Position numbers and translations under genes: made by a program
Source of the DNA: Promethearchaeia archaeon
GTDB taxonomy: Archaea > Asgardarchaeota > Lokiarchaeia > Sigyniarchaeales > SOKP01
Length of the DNA: 64,000 nt
Assembly (NCBI GenBank): GCA_029856125.1
Contig: JAHQWJ010000120.1
Location: forward strand, 96,001-160,000
Direction: 5' to 3'
Part shown: positions 9,629-19,801 of the stretch, in pieces
Layout: each line of letters opens with the position of its first letter
Position numbering within the stretch: position 1 is the stretch's first letter
The notes under the pieces: generated by a model
The model's input: only the letters and a program-made list of their open reading frames with translations
What the model was told of the DNA's origin: nothing
The model's database searches: none

Positions 9629-10930
9629 CTACCGGCTTCGATTTTTAATAGAAAAATTGCGTTCCCTTTTTAAAATTAATACTTGACAACCGACGGCAAT
9701 TATTATTATTGACATCAATATTGCGAAGGGCATACCAGGTATAGCTCCACCATTTCCAGTTGAAAATTGAAGGATATAGTTTTGTATAAGATCACGATAA
9801 TAATAATCGTAAGCTCCAGAAAGTGACCCAGTAAAAGCTGCTACTAAGTTATATTCTGGAACAATAAAGATAACTTGTCCATATGCTCCAGATGCATGAT
9901 AACCCATGTGTATATCACCTCCAGTGTTAATCGAATCATTAGTATAAAACAAATAACCATAATTAAAATAGTTGGTTGGGGGTGAATAGACCCATCTTCC
10001 AGGAGTTTTAAACGATGTAGCTTCTCTTACCCAATCTGAAGGTATTAGTTGGGTTCCATTCCAATTACCCTCATTTAGGCATAATATTCCTAATTTTGCT
10101 TGTACTTGCGGTGAACATTCAAATCCATATCCTCCAAAGCTAACACCATTATTATCTTCCCACCAATTCCAATCTTCTTCTGTGATTCCCATATGGTCAA
10201 ACAAATGTTCCTGTGCAAAATCAGCTAAGCTTTGACCCGTTACGTTACTGATTATCCCTGATAAGAGATTAGGTCCATCATTACTATACGCAAAACCTCC
10301 AGATTCTCCAGGAGTAAACACCAATGGTAAATCGTCAAGAGGCCATTCAATACAATCAACATTTGCTGTAGAACTACCAGGATAAGCGTAATTAAATGAA
10401 CCAATAAATCCAGCATTCATAGTTAACAATTGCTCTATCGTTATATTCTTCTTTTGCTCACTATCGGTAAAACTAGGACTCCAAATATTAGCAAAGAATT
10501 CATAGAGCGTCTGACTTATATTACTTAAATATTCTTCTTCGATAGCAATCCCAATTAAAAGGGCTGTTAAGCTTTTAGTTACTGAATATTGAGCATGGAG
10601 GGTTGAACCTCCAAAATATGTCTTTGTATCTCGAATTTGTGAATCATATAGATATTTTTCTGTCAAAAGATACCCGTTGCGTACAATGATAACGCTCTGG
10701 ACATTTTGACTTCCTGTTTCTATATAATCAAACATACTGGAAATCGAATTGGAATCTAATCCTTGTTGTTCGGGACTTACCTCAGTCCATTCATATGTTG
10801 GCCAATAAACTTCTCCATTACTGCCTTGCACCAATATAGGTAGAAATGAAAATGAAAAAGCAATTGCTACTAAAGAGATTACGGTATACTTGAATAGAAA
10901 TCTTCTCATAATTGACACACAAAAGTTCAT
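9629..10930 (-). CDS. Secreted, C-terminally anchored serine hydrolase (beta-lactamase class C / nylB-like) with IPG-CTERM tail
   Basis: Signal peptide, YWPT, SVTK (SxxK), FAYSN, ASGAYGQ; tail AIPGMP-TM-KRER; start may be ATG 10909. Confidence 0.88.
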   Translation of the reverse strand: MNFCVSIMRRFLFKYTVISLVAIAFSFSFLPILVQGSNGEVYWPTYEWTEVSPEQQGLDSNSISSMFDYIETGSQNVQSVIIVRNGYLLTEKYLYDSQIRDTKTYFGGSTLHAQYSVTKSLTALLIGIAIEEEYLSNISQTLYEFFANIWSPSFTDSEQKKNITIEQLLTMNAGFIGSFNYAYPGSSTANVDCIEWPLDDLPLVFTPGESGGFAYSNDGPNLLSGIISNVTGQSLADFAQEHLFDHMGITEEDWNWWEDNNGVSFGGYGFECSPQVQAKLGILCLNEGNWNGTQLIPSDWVREATSFKTPGRWVYSPPTNYFNYGYLFYTNDSINTGGDIHMGYHASGAYGQVIFIVPEYNLVAAFTGSLSGAYDYYYRDLIQNYILQFSTGNGGAIPGMPFAILMSIIIIAVGCQVLILKRERNFSIKNRSR

Positions 10931-11018
10931 TTTATAGTTTAAGTAAATTTAATTTCTTTTTATTATTAATCTCATAATTCGGAAGATCTAAATATGTAAT
11001 ATAAAAACTTCATAATTA

Positions 11019-12479
11019 TTAAAAAACAAAATCATGAGTATCTCTTAGTACTTCCTCGTTCACACACCAAATAAAATGCCCTTCTTCAACTTCTATCTTA
11101 TGAGGAGCATCCCGTGTGCACAATTCATTATATGACTCAGTGTAACACCTGGGATGAAAACTACAACCCGAAGGTGGCGCAATTGGACTTGGAACCTCAC
11201 CCGAAAGAACAAAAGTAATTTCTTGATCCTCTCCACTAACTTCAGATCGACTTGCTAGTAAGGCTTTTGTATAAGGGTGAGTAGGATTTGAGAATATCTG
11301 ATTTTTATTGCCTATTTCAACTATTTTACCAAGATACATTACGGCGATTCTATCTGCTATATGATGAACGACAGATAAATCATGTGTGATAAAAAGAAAA
11401 CCGTAGTTGTATGTTTTTTGTAAATCTCTTAGAAGATTAAGGATTTGAGCTTGAACAGATACATCAAGGGCGGATGTAGGTTCGTCTAATATAATTAGTT
11501 CTGGATTACAAGCTAGTGCTCTAGCAATGATTATTCTTTGTTTTTGTCCCCCTGAGAATTCGTGAGGATATCTATCCAAATGCTCCTTCTTTAGTGAAAC
11601 TTCCTCCAAAAGTTTTAATACGTGCCTTCTAAGTTTAATCCTATTAGTTATCCCTAGTATGTTCTTAAGTGGTTCTGCAATGATATCTACTACTTTTAAT
11701 TGAGGATTTAATGAAGCGTCCGGGTCTTGGAATACCATTTGAACACTTTTTCTTATTATACGCGAATAATCTTTTGGTAAGAGTTCTTCTTTTAATAATA
11801 ATTTACCTGATGTTTTCTCGATTAATCCTAAAATTGCCAAAGCTACTGTCGTTTTTCCACAACCGCTTTCTCCAACTAATCCAACAGTTTCACCTGCTTT
11901 TATACTAAAGGAAACACCATCTACTGCTTTAACAGCTCCTATTTGTCTTCTTAAAATGCCTTTAAGAAGAGGATAATGAACTTTTAAATCTTCAACATCT
12001 AATAGGGCTTGACCTTTTTCAAGAGCTTTCATTTCTTCTATATCATATTGAGGGATTGTTCTATATGAAAGCTTTTTAAGAATTATTGATGCAACGATGG
12101 AAATAGCCACAGCATATACCAGATGAACAAAAAAATAATAAAAAATACCTATGGGATCTATAAGAAAATTTATTGTAATGTAAATCAATCCCGGAAAAAT
12201 AGCTATTAAAGCAATATAGTTAGTTAACTCATAAACTAATTGGATTTTGCTCCCGTATTTTGTAGCAAATACGGTGAGTCCTATTATAATTAGAATACCT
12301 ATAATATATTGTGAAAAATAAATCCCTACTATTTCAGATAAACTAGAACTAGTTAGAAATAGGAATCCGTTTCCTAAGACGTTTAAACTAAGAATGATAA
12401 AAATTACCATCTCAATTAAAAAGGCAATTATAAAAGTTATTTTAATCCAAGGTTTAATTCTGATGTTTTTAAAAACCAT
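11019..12479 (-). CDS. Opp/Dpp ABC ATPase (OppF/DppF type) fused to N-terminal ~4-TM domain, cassette 1
   Basis: [25 protein letters not shown] and C-terminal Cys motif; about 135 hydrophobic N-terminal residues. Confidence 0.9.
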   Translation of the reverse strand: MVFKNIRIKPWIKITFIIAFLIEMVIFIILSLNVLGNGFLFLTSSSLSEIVGIYFSQYIIGILIIIGLTVFATKYGSKIQLVYELTNYIALIAIFPGLIYITINFLIDPIGIFYYFFVHLVYAVAISIVASIILKKLSYRTIPQYDIEEMKALEKGQALLDVEDLKVHYPLLKGILRRQIGAVKAVDGVSFSIKAGETVGLVGESGCGKTTVALAILGLIEKTSGKLLLKEELLPKDYSRIIRKSVQMVFQDPDASLNPQLKVVDIIAEPLKNILGITNRIKLRRHVLKLLEEVSLKKEHLDRYPHEFSGGQKQRIIIARALACNPELIILDEPTSALDVSVQAQILNLLRDLQKTYNYGFLFITHDLSVVHHIADRIAVMYLGKIVEIGNKNQIFSNPTHPYTKALLASRSEVSGEDQEITFVLSGEVPSPIAPPSGCSFHPRCYTESYNELCTRDAPHKIEVEEGHFIWCVNEEVLRDTHDFVF

Positions 12480-12503
12480 ACTTTATCACATTTCTATACT
12501 TCA

Positions 12504-14414
12504 TCATTTTTCTATAAGCTCTTTAAATTCGGGATCATATAGATGACAAGCCACAAAATAATCTGGGTTAACTTCTATATTTTTTGGTATTAATGAATCG
12601 CACACTTCAAATCTATAAGGGCATCGGGGATGGAATCGACAACCTGATGGAGGATATATTAAATTAGGAACCGTTCCACTGATGACTTCTAATTTTTCTT
12701 TCTCTTCTCTAACTTTTGGAATGGATTTCAGGAGAGCTTTAGTATATGGATGATATGGCGAACTGAATAGGGCTTTTCTTGTTCCATATTCCGCAATATA
12801 ACCACTATACATCACCGCGACTTTATCACTCACCTTTGAAATAATTCCTAAATCGTGTGTAATAAACAAAATTGAAGTTTCATATTTCCTCAATAAATCC
12901 TTCATAAGTTTTAGTATTTGGTTCTGAATAGTTACATCCAAAGCAGTTGTAGGTTCGTCTGCTATCAATAAACTCGGATTGCAAGCAAGAGCCATAGCGA
13001 TCTGGACTCTCTGTCTCATACCTCCACTTAATTCGTGAGGATAAAGGTCGTAAATGCTTTCAGCATTAGGAATATTTAAATCTCTTAACATGTTTATGGC
13101 CCAATCACGAGCAATTCCAAATATGCTCTTATTAGGATTTTTTAATGCTTCTAGGGTCAATTCTTCCTCCATATTCAGAAGATAAACTTCAGTTATCTGT
13201 TTTCCTATTTTAAAAACGGGATTTAAGGAAAGTAGAGGATCTTGAAAAATCATCGTTATCTCTTTTCCACGAAATTTTAACATTTCGTCCTCATTTTTTT
13301 TTAGTAAATCCTCTCCCTTGTAAAAAACCTGACCCGCTTCAATTACGCCAGGATCTCTAATGATTTGAAGAATTGATAATGCTGTGACTGTTTTTCCACA
13401 ACCAGTTTCCCCTACTAAACCTAGTACTTCACCTTTCTTTATTTCAAAAGATATTTTCTCTAAAGCTCTTACTACGCCTTCTTCCGTGTAGAAATAAGTT
13501 TTCAGATCTTCGACTTCCAAAACGATATCCTTCAACTTATCTATGCGATCTTCTTCCTTTTTTTTAATCGCCGTTTGAAGTTTATATTTGCTTATTTCCC
13601 CACTTTCAGGTAAATATTTATATTTTGCAAAATAAAAAAATGAAATAAGATAAATTCCAATGCTTATGATTATTTGGACCCGAATATCTAAGAATAAGCT
13701 GCCAAAATCGAAAAGATTACCTAAATATGCTGTAAAAAGAAAGATAAGTAAGGACCATAAAAAGTATGTAATAAAACCACTAACGGTAAATACTTTTTTT
13801 AACACAGATCTAACAATTCTAGTTTCTCTATTTCTCACTCTATTCAGAATATAAGTTAAAATAATGCAAAAAGATACGATTACAAATTGATTAATAAAAC
13901 TAAGATAGAAAATATCGTTAAAATTTTTTGGTGAAAGGAGTAGTGAAATGTAGGCAATATCAAGAGGTTCGATGAATAATGAGATGTTAAGTATGTCTAA
14001 TAGATCAATAGAAAAAAACAAGAAAGACAGAATTAAACATGAAATTACATATATTTTGGTCCATTTCTTAAACCAGTCGCTAATTTTTTGTTCTTTTCTT
14101 GATGCAAACGATATATATAATAGAGCAAATATAAGGACTTCTAAACCCCAAAGAACAGCATCTTTATACAATGCAGCAAAAACGATATGAAAACCTTCTA
14201 ATATTTGAAAGAGAATCTTAATCCCAAATATTATTCCAAAACAAATCAAAGAACTAAATCCTACACTTGTGCTAAAAGTTTTAACTTCAATTCTAGACTC
14301 TCTTGGAGTAAGTCTAAAAATAATATAAAAACTTACAATTAGTAGTACTAGTAGAAATAAACTTTCTAAAAAAGCCATTATCGGATTGAGAAAAACAATT
14401 ATCTGCAATATCAT
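12504..14414 (-). CDS. Opp/Dpp ABC ATPase (OppD/DppD type) fused to N-terminal ~7-8-TM domain, cassette 1
   Basis: GETGCGKT, LSGGMRQR, ADEPTTALDVT, HPYT, GCRFHPRC; about 265 hydrophobic N-terminal residues. Confidence 0.9.
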   Translation of the reverse strand: MILQIIVFLNPIMAFLESLFLLVLLIVSFYIIFRLTPRESRIEVKTFSTSVGFSSLICFGIIFGIKILFQILEGFHIVFAALYKDAVLWGLEVLIFALLYISFASRKEQKISDWFKKWTKIYVISCLILSFLFFSIDLLDILNISLFIEPLDIAYISLLLSPKNFNDIFYLSFINQFVIVSFCIILTYILNRVRNRETRIVRSVLKKVFTVSGFITYFLWSLLIFLFTAYLGNLFDFGSLFLDIRVQIIISIGIYLISFFYFAKYKYLPESGEISKYKLQTAIKKKEEDRIDKLKDIVLEVEDLKTYFYTEEGVVRALEKISFEIKKGEVLGLVGETGCGKTVTALSILQIIRDPGVIEAGQVFYKGEDLLKKNEDEMLKFRGKEITMIFQDPLLSLNPVFKIGKQITEVYLLNMEEELTLEALKNPNKSIFGIARDWAINMLRDLNIPNAESIYDLYPHELSGGMRQRVQIAMALACNPSLLIADEPTTALDVTIQNQILKLMKDLLRKYETSILFITHDLGIISKVSDKVAVMYSGYIAEYGTRKALFSSPYHPYTKALLKSIPKVREEKEKLEVISGTVPNLIYPPSGCRFHPRCPYRFEVCDSLIPKNIEVNPDYFVACHLYDPEFKELIEK

Positions 14415-14431
14415 TTTTTATCCTTATCTTA

Positions 14432-15412
14432 TTATATTTTTAATCTAGGATCAATAGCATCTCTTAAGCCATCACCAATTAACAATGCTGCAATAGCAAA
14501 AAGCGCCGTGCTTAAACCGGGAATTAAAAAAGCAAAGAAATTATCTTCATAAATATTTCCCCAGTCAATATCTTGTCCCCAGTTTGGAATTTGTGAGGTG
14601 GTTAGGCCGAGAAATGCAATCGCGGCTATTCCCAACATGGTAATTGCCATCTGTCCAAAAAAGGTTAAAATCATAGGCGGCAAGGCGTTTGGAAGAATGT
14701 GTGAAAACATTACTTTGAATTTTAATGCTCCTCCAGTTTTTGCAGCCTTAACGTACAACATTTCTTTTATTTGCAAAACTAAAGATCTCATAAATCTTAA
14801 ATTGCCCGCAATTGCGAAGGCTCCATAGATTATTAAGATATCCATCATGTTCAAACCAAAAGTCTGCGTTAAAATTAAAACTATTACTAAAGTCGGTACT
14901 GAATATATTAGATCTACACCTCGCATAAAAACATAGTCTACTTTACCTCCAAAATATGCTGAGATAACTCCAAGTACTAATCCCCCAGCAACCGCAATTC
15001 CAGTAGGTATTACTGCCATAAATAATGAAGTTCGAGCGCCCCAAAGCATTCTTGCTAGAACATCATAGCCATTATTAGTAGTTCCTAATGGATGCGATAA
15101 ACTTGGAAGCTCATAAGGAACACCCGGAATCGATGGAGGTACTAGAGTTTGAAGAGAATATCTTGTTAACCATGGAGTAAATATGCCCATGAAAATAAAA
15201 CTTAAAATAATAAATGAACCGACTATTGTCAAATGAGTAAGTAAATGACGGAAGAACCTTCTTTTAGATCTTATTTTCTCAATTTCATACTCTTGTTCCG
15301 TGAATTCAGGAACTCTCCAACCAGGAAGTAGATAGAATTTAATTAATGATGTAAACTTTGGTTTATTTTGTTTTGTTGTATTCATAGCAATTTCTTCTTC
15401 TATTTTACTCAA
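14432..15412 (-). CDS. Opp/Dpp ABC permease (OppC type), cassette 1
   Basis: HPLGT..GYDVLARMLWGAR, YVKAAKTGGA EAA loop, GDGLRDAIDPR. Confidence 0.92.
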   Translation of the reverse strand: MSKIEEEIAMNTTKQNKPKFTSLIKFYLLPGWRVPEFTEQEYEIEKIRSKRRFFRHLLTHLTIVGSFIILSFIFMGIFTPWLTRYSLQTLVPPSIPGVPYELPSLSHPLGTTNNGYDVLARMLWGARTSLFMAVIPTGIAVAGGLVLGVISAYFGGKVDYVFMRGVDLIYSVPTLVIVLILTQTFGLNMMDILIIYGAFAIAGNLRFMRSLVLQIKEMLYVKAAKTGGALKFKVMFSHILPNALPPMILTFFGQMAITMLGIAAIAFLGLTTSQIPNWGQDIDWGNIYEDNFFAFLIPGLSTALFAIAALLIGDGLRDAIDPRLKI

Positions 15413-15447
15413 AAATATTCACTCATGTTTTATTTTAAAGTTAATTT

Positions 15448-16674
15448 TCATGTATAGATAATCCTAGGATCAATGATAGTGTACAATACATCCGTAATCA
15501 AATTACTACTTAATAGGATTATTGTAGCAACCATTACACATCCATTTATTAATGGAATATTGCCGTTTATTATCGCAGAAAAGAAAATCCCACCAAAACC
15601 AGAATATCCATATATTATTTCAATAAATACTGATCCCAATAGAGAACTAGCAACTCCCCCTATAATAAGATTGCTTGTTGGAATTAATGCATTACGAAGT
15701 GCATGATTATTAATGATCTCTTTTTCACGAACTCCTTTAGCGCGAGCCGTTCTTATGTAATCCTGATCTAGCACTTCTAACATACTGGACCTTGTTAAAC
15801 GTGTAATACCCGCAAGACTTAGAAATGTCATCGAAATCGAAGGAAGCACTAAATGACCAATTGTATCCCAAAAATAGATAGGGTCATTGAATATAATACT
15901 ATCAAGAAGTCTAAACTTTGTCCCATATGTATTTATATAAATAATTATTGGTACAATTCCAATAATGCAAAGCAATGCTCCTGATAAAATTAAATACCAT
16001 CCTACTTGGTTCTTTTTCCTAAGTTTATTTCCGCGATAAATTAGGAGAACTCCTCCAATCATTAAAAAGAAAAACATCACCGCGACAAAGACACTACTTT
16101 GAGTTGGTATTATGTCTGGAAAAGACGGATTCAACGTAACACTATTAGAATTATAAATGTCAATATCAAATTCAAAAAAAGTTGCTTCATATATTATCCT
16201 ACCAAAGAAAAATTGGAGCATTATCGCGATCCAAAAACTAGGAAATCCCGCACCAACAACTGCTACAGATCTAATCAAAATATCTTTCCTCTTCTTCCTA
16301 TTTTTTGCAGATGTAGTCCCTAGTTTAACAGCAATAATAGGTGATATAATAATTGGAATAATCATTAACTCAAGCGTCCTTGGAAGAACTGTTATAATTA
16401 TGTCGTTAATCGACCAACCCTGGAATTGACCACTATAGGATTCCCCCCAATTACCTGTGAAAAAATCTCGAAGGTAATATGCATATTGAACATAAATTGG
16501 TTCATTTAAACCTAATCTTTCCATTTCATCGAAATAAATATTTATATCCCATCCAGTCATCATCGATTGTAAAGGATTAATAGCCATCGCATGCGATAAA
16601 AAAAAAGTGATTGTCAAGACAGCGATTAACATTGGAATCATAACGAGGATGCGTCTTACAATATATTTAAACAT
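15448..16674 (-). CDS. Opp/Dpp ABC permease (OppB type) with inserted TM hairpin, cassette 1
   Basis: KYIVRR, GNWGES, RLTRSSMLEVLDQDYIRTARAKG, IDPRI; probable true start ATA at 16695. Confidence 0.92.
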   Translation of the reverse strand: MFKYIVRRILVMIPMLIAVLTITFFLSHAMAINPLQSMMTGWDINIYFDEMERLGLNEPIYVQYAYYLRDFFTGNWGESYSGQFQGWSINDIIITVLPRTLELMIIPIIISPIIAVKLGTTSAKNRKKRKDILIRSVAVVGAGFPSFWIAIMLQFFFGRIIYEATFFEFDIDIYNSNSVTLNPSFPDIIPTQSSVFVAVMFFFLMIGGVLLIYRGNKLRKKNQVGWYLILSGALLCIIGIVPIIIYINTYGTKFRLLDSIIFNDPIYFWDTIGHLVLPSISMTFLSLAGITRLTRSSMLEVLDQDYIRTARAKGVREKEIINNHALRNALIPTSNLIIGGVASSLLGSVFIEIIYGYSGFGGIFFSAIINGNIPLINGCVMVATIILLSSNLITDVLYTIIDPRIIYT

Positions 16675-16709
16675 GTTAATAGATTTTTTAGCTATTTTAA
16701 TTCACCTCG

Positions 16710-17231
16710 TTAAATTTCACGTCGAGCTTTAACATATCTTTTCAAAAACATACCAGAAAGAGCTCCACTTATATTTATTCCAAATAAAATTAATAAATTG
16801 ATATACCCCTGGAAAGAAGCAAACTGAAGAATGAGTGGTTCAAAAGAAAATCCAAACATAATTAAATAAAAAAGGAAACCTTCAAAAACAATAAAAGGAA
16901 CTAACCATAAAGATGCCCTAATTCCATAATGCGCAATATCTTCTTTATAGGTTAACCAAAAGCAAATCGAATATAATAACAAACAATCAACGAAATACCA
17001 GCCTGAATAAACTGAGCTAATAAATAAAAATTCATAGGTCCAGAAAATTATCGATTTAACAGAGCTGGGTATATCTTCAAAGGAAAACCATTTCTCTCCT
17101 TCATCAAACATAAATATATTAACTATTATTCCAAAGTATGCAAGAAAAACAATGATATATGCAAAAGTAACTCTTCCTTGACGACCCCAATCTATTTTCC
17201 AACTTCCTTTATCCTTACTATTAACTGGCAT
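16710..17231 (-). CDS. Conserved small membrane protein of unknown function, first gene of cassette 1 operon
   Basis: About 4 hydrophobic segments; strong similarity to 31860..32396 (WGRQG, LTYKEDI..YGI.ASLWL.P, EGFLFY.IMFG). Confidence 0.85.
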   Translation of the reverse strand: MPVNSKDKGSWKIDWGRQGRVTFAYIIVFLAYFGIIVNIFMFDEGEKWFSFEDIPSSVKSIIFWTYEFLFISSVYSGWYFVDCLLLYSICFWLTYKEDIAHYGIRASLWLVPFIVFEGFLFYLIMFGFSFEPLILQFASFQGYINLLILFGINISGALSGMFLKRYVKARREI

Positions 17232-17324
17232 GTCGAGTTATCTATATTAAAAATCTTTCAACTTTAGCGTTATAGATAAAAAATTAATTTTGTATTTAAC
17301 AATTATGACTTATTATGTTCTTTT

Positions 17325-17336
17325 TTACATATGTAA
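17325..17336. promoter_or_regulatory. Putative operator, perfect palindrome TTACATATGTAA
   Basis: Centred between divergent permease operon and SBP gene; TATA-like TTTAAATA about 24 nt downstream. Confidence 0.7.
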
Positions 17337-17439
17337 TTTTTTAAATTCTGTTTGATAGATTTAAATAGTTATAGGTGTAAGTACATGAATATATCATAAA
17401 ATCTAATAAAAACTAAATAATAAAAAAAAGGAAAATAAA

Positions 17440-19716
17440 ATGAAAAGAAATCATTTACGATTTTTCATACTTTTCATACTTGTTAGTTCTATGTTCTTTG
17501 GAATAAGTGCTATATCGGTTACTGCTGACTCCCGATTAAGGACAAGCGCTCTGGTTACAGCAGAAGATAATTGTACGATGATTGCCGTAACTGCAGGTAG
17601 TGAACATAAAGCTTGGGGACCCACAACCTGGGAATATAGTCTTGTATCATCTTGGATGGTTGGAGGGCAAGGTGGAAGTTCGAAAGGAGAGACTTTAGAG
17701 AAATTATGGGAGATTCGAAGTATACCAACTTACCCTTACACTGAATATAGGCCCGCTCTAGCTACAGGTTATACAATAGTAGATACATGGCCTGAGGAAG
17801 ATAATAGTTTTGGTTGGAAAAATAAAGGTGGTATCCGTGTTATGAATATTACTCTTAGGGAAAACGTCAGATTCCACGACGGTTCAGAATGGAATGCCAC
17901 GGTCGCTAAATGGAATATTGATCGCGCTTATGTACTGACAGGAAATTTAACTGGTACGGAAGGAGCAGGTCATAGTGATATTATGGGCCATATGACTTAT
18001 AAAGCCGGCTTAAACTACGAAGATTTCTATACTACTAGTTGGAATCATTCCTATACTTATAGCGATGATCCTGTTTACGGAATTCCTCAACCGCCTATGT
18101 ATTATGGTAAGGATAATGACCCTAATATGCCTTGGACTAATGTAAGTCGAACCTATATACAAGATGGGCACTTTCCAGTTATTAATAAAACCATTATAGT
18201 AAAAACTGCTGATCAAACAGCAAGTGGAACAGGTGGAACTCTTCAAGTAGAGTTCAATGATTTTGTAACGGATCTTAGATTAGTAGCTTGGTTCGCGATG
18301 ATCTCAATGGAACACTATAGCGATCTCAATGGAGTAGATTACTTTTTCGAGCAAATAAAGGATATCGGTGATTGGACGGGTAATGACCTTGCTTGTGGAA
18401 CCGGAGTCATGAAAGCTGTTGAGGTGGATAAAGTAAATAATATAATGAGAATGGAACGAAATAACGATTACTGGAACTTTACTGAAATGAGAGCTGCGGG
18501 TAAAATGATAGTTGAAAATGGTCTTATCTCATATATTCCTGGTGATACTGATGGACAATTAGTAACTACTGCATTGACATCTGGGGATGCTGATTTTTCC
18601 TATGACGGGCCTCCCTCTGGAATCCTCTTTGAGGATCAACTAAAAGCTTCACCCATTCTAAACTGGACGCCGTATTATCCACAACTTGACAATATAGAGC
18701 AATTGGACTTTATACAGCAAAATACAGATGAGACATTTAGAAAAGCCATATCTTTTGCGTTTAATTATACTGCATATTTCGCAAATGTCTTGACGGACAG
18801 ATCCTATCGTTGCGATAATTTAATGGGGGAGGCTAGCGTTTATCTCAATGATACTATTGTAGGACCTTATTATGACCTTACAACCGCGCGTAATGCCCTT
18901 CTTAATGACCCAACATATGGTTCTGTATTAGCTTATGAAGCAGGTATTGACGGAGGTAGTACTGATCAAGATTGGTTAGACTTTGCCGCCGCTGTCGACA
19001 CTTTAAATGCTACTTCAGAGGAACTGTTTACATTTAACTATCTTCACGATATTTATAATGTAGACTTTACGAGTTCGTTGGAAACTAGCCTTGCACATAT
19101 TGGAATGGTAATAAATAAATCTGGGCATACACCTGCTAATGAATATGGTGATTGGAAGACACTTAGTCTTTGGGGTATGTGGTATATAATGTTAAACCCC
19201 TTCGCTAGGCAAGACATGTATGATGGTGATTTAGAAGCCTTTTATGTAACATGGCCTATGCCTGTAACCGACTTGGGTTACTTAGATGCCTTTTATAGCT
19301 ATACATATCAATGGATGAATATTTCTGGTACTATGCAATGGGGTCTTATTCCAGATACTTGGAATTGGGGCCTTATTAATGATCCTGACCTTCAGATATT
19401 GTTACGTGCTTTATATTTCCAAAATGAAACTGGGAAATTTAAAACATATAGCGACATTCAAGAGAGAACTGCAACTGAAACATTCCCATCAATGTTTATC
19501 TCTCAAATTCAAGCAGCTATAGTGCTTAATAAAAAGTTTGAAATTGATTGGGATTCCTGGGGTGGTTGGTCCTTCTCTGAAATCATGATCGGTTATGGAT
19601 ACGAAGCAGGAGGAGTTGCTGTAGAAATACCTGGATTTCCATTATTTGCAATATTAGGCGTTGCCGGAATTTCTATATTTACTATTGGTATGAGAAAACG
19701 AAAGAAATTTAAATAA
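17440..19716 (+). CDS. Family 5 (OppA/DppA-like) substrate-binding protein with IPGF-CTERM anchor, cassette 1
   Basis: Signal peptide; PALAT, TLRENVRFHDGSEWNATVAKWNIDR, FRKAISFAFNY; tail EIPGFP-TM-RKRKKFK; about 15 N-x-S/T sequons. Confidence 0.88.
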   Translation: MKRNHLRFFILFILVSSMFFGISAISVTADSRLRTSALVTAEDNCTMIAVTAGSEHKAWGPTTWEYSLVSSWMVGGQGGSSKGETLEKLWEIRSIPTYPYTEYRPALATGYTIVDTWPEEDNSFGWKNKGGIRVMNITLRENVRFHDGSEWNATVAKWNIDRAYVLTGNLTGTEGAGHSDIMGHMTYKAGLNYEDFYTTSWNHSYTYSDDPVYGIPQPPMYYGKDNDPNMPWTNVSRTYIQDGHFPVINKTIIVKTADQTASGTGGTLQVEFNDFVTDLRLVAWFAMISMEHYSDLNGVDYFFEQIKDIGDWTGNDLACGTGVMKAVEVDKVNNIMRMERNNDYWNFTEMRAAGKMIVENGLISYIPGDTDGQLVTTALTSGDADFSYDGPPSGILFEDQLKASPILNWTPYYPQLDNIEQLDFIQQNTDETFRKAISFAFNYTAYFANVLTDRSYRCDNLMGEASVYLNDTIVGPYYDLTTARNALLNDPTYGSVLAYEAGIDGGSTDQDWLDFAAAVDTLNATSEELFTFNYLHDIYNVDFTSSLETSLAHIGMVINKSGHTPANEYGDWKTLSLWGMWYIMLNPFARQDMYDGDLEAFYVTWPMPVTDLGYLDAFYSYTYQWMNISGTMQWGLIPDTWNWGLINDPDLQILLRALYFQNETGKFKTYSDIQERTATETFPSMFISQIQAAIVLNKKFEIDWDSWGGWSFSEIMIGYGYEAGGVAVEIPGFPLFAILGVAGISIFTIGMRKRKKFK

Positions 19717-19732
19717 AAGAAATTAAATCTTA

Positions 19733-19742
19733 TTTTTTTTTT
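19733..19742 (+). terminator. Oligo-T archaeal terminator after SBP gene
   Basis: T10 run 17 nt after stop. Confidence 0.5.
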
Positions 19743-19801
19743 ACTTTATTTTTATATTACTTAGCTCAATATGTCGATAAGTTTTATTTTCCTAAAATCA
19801 A

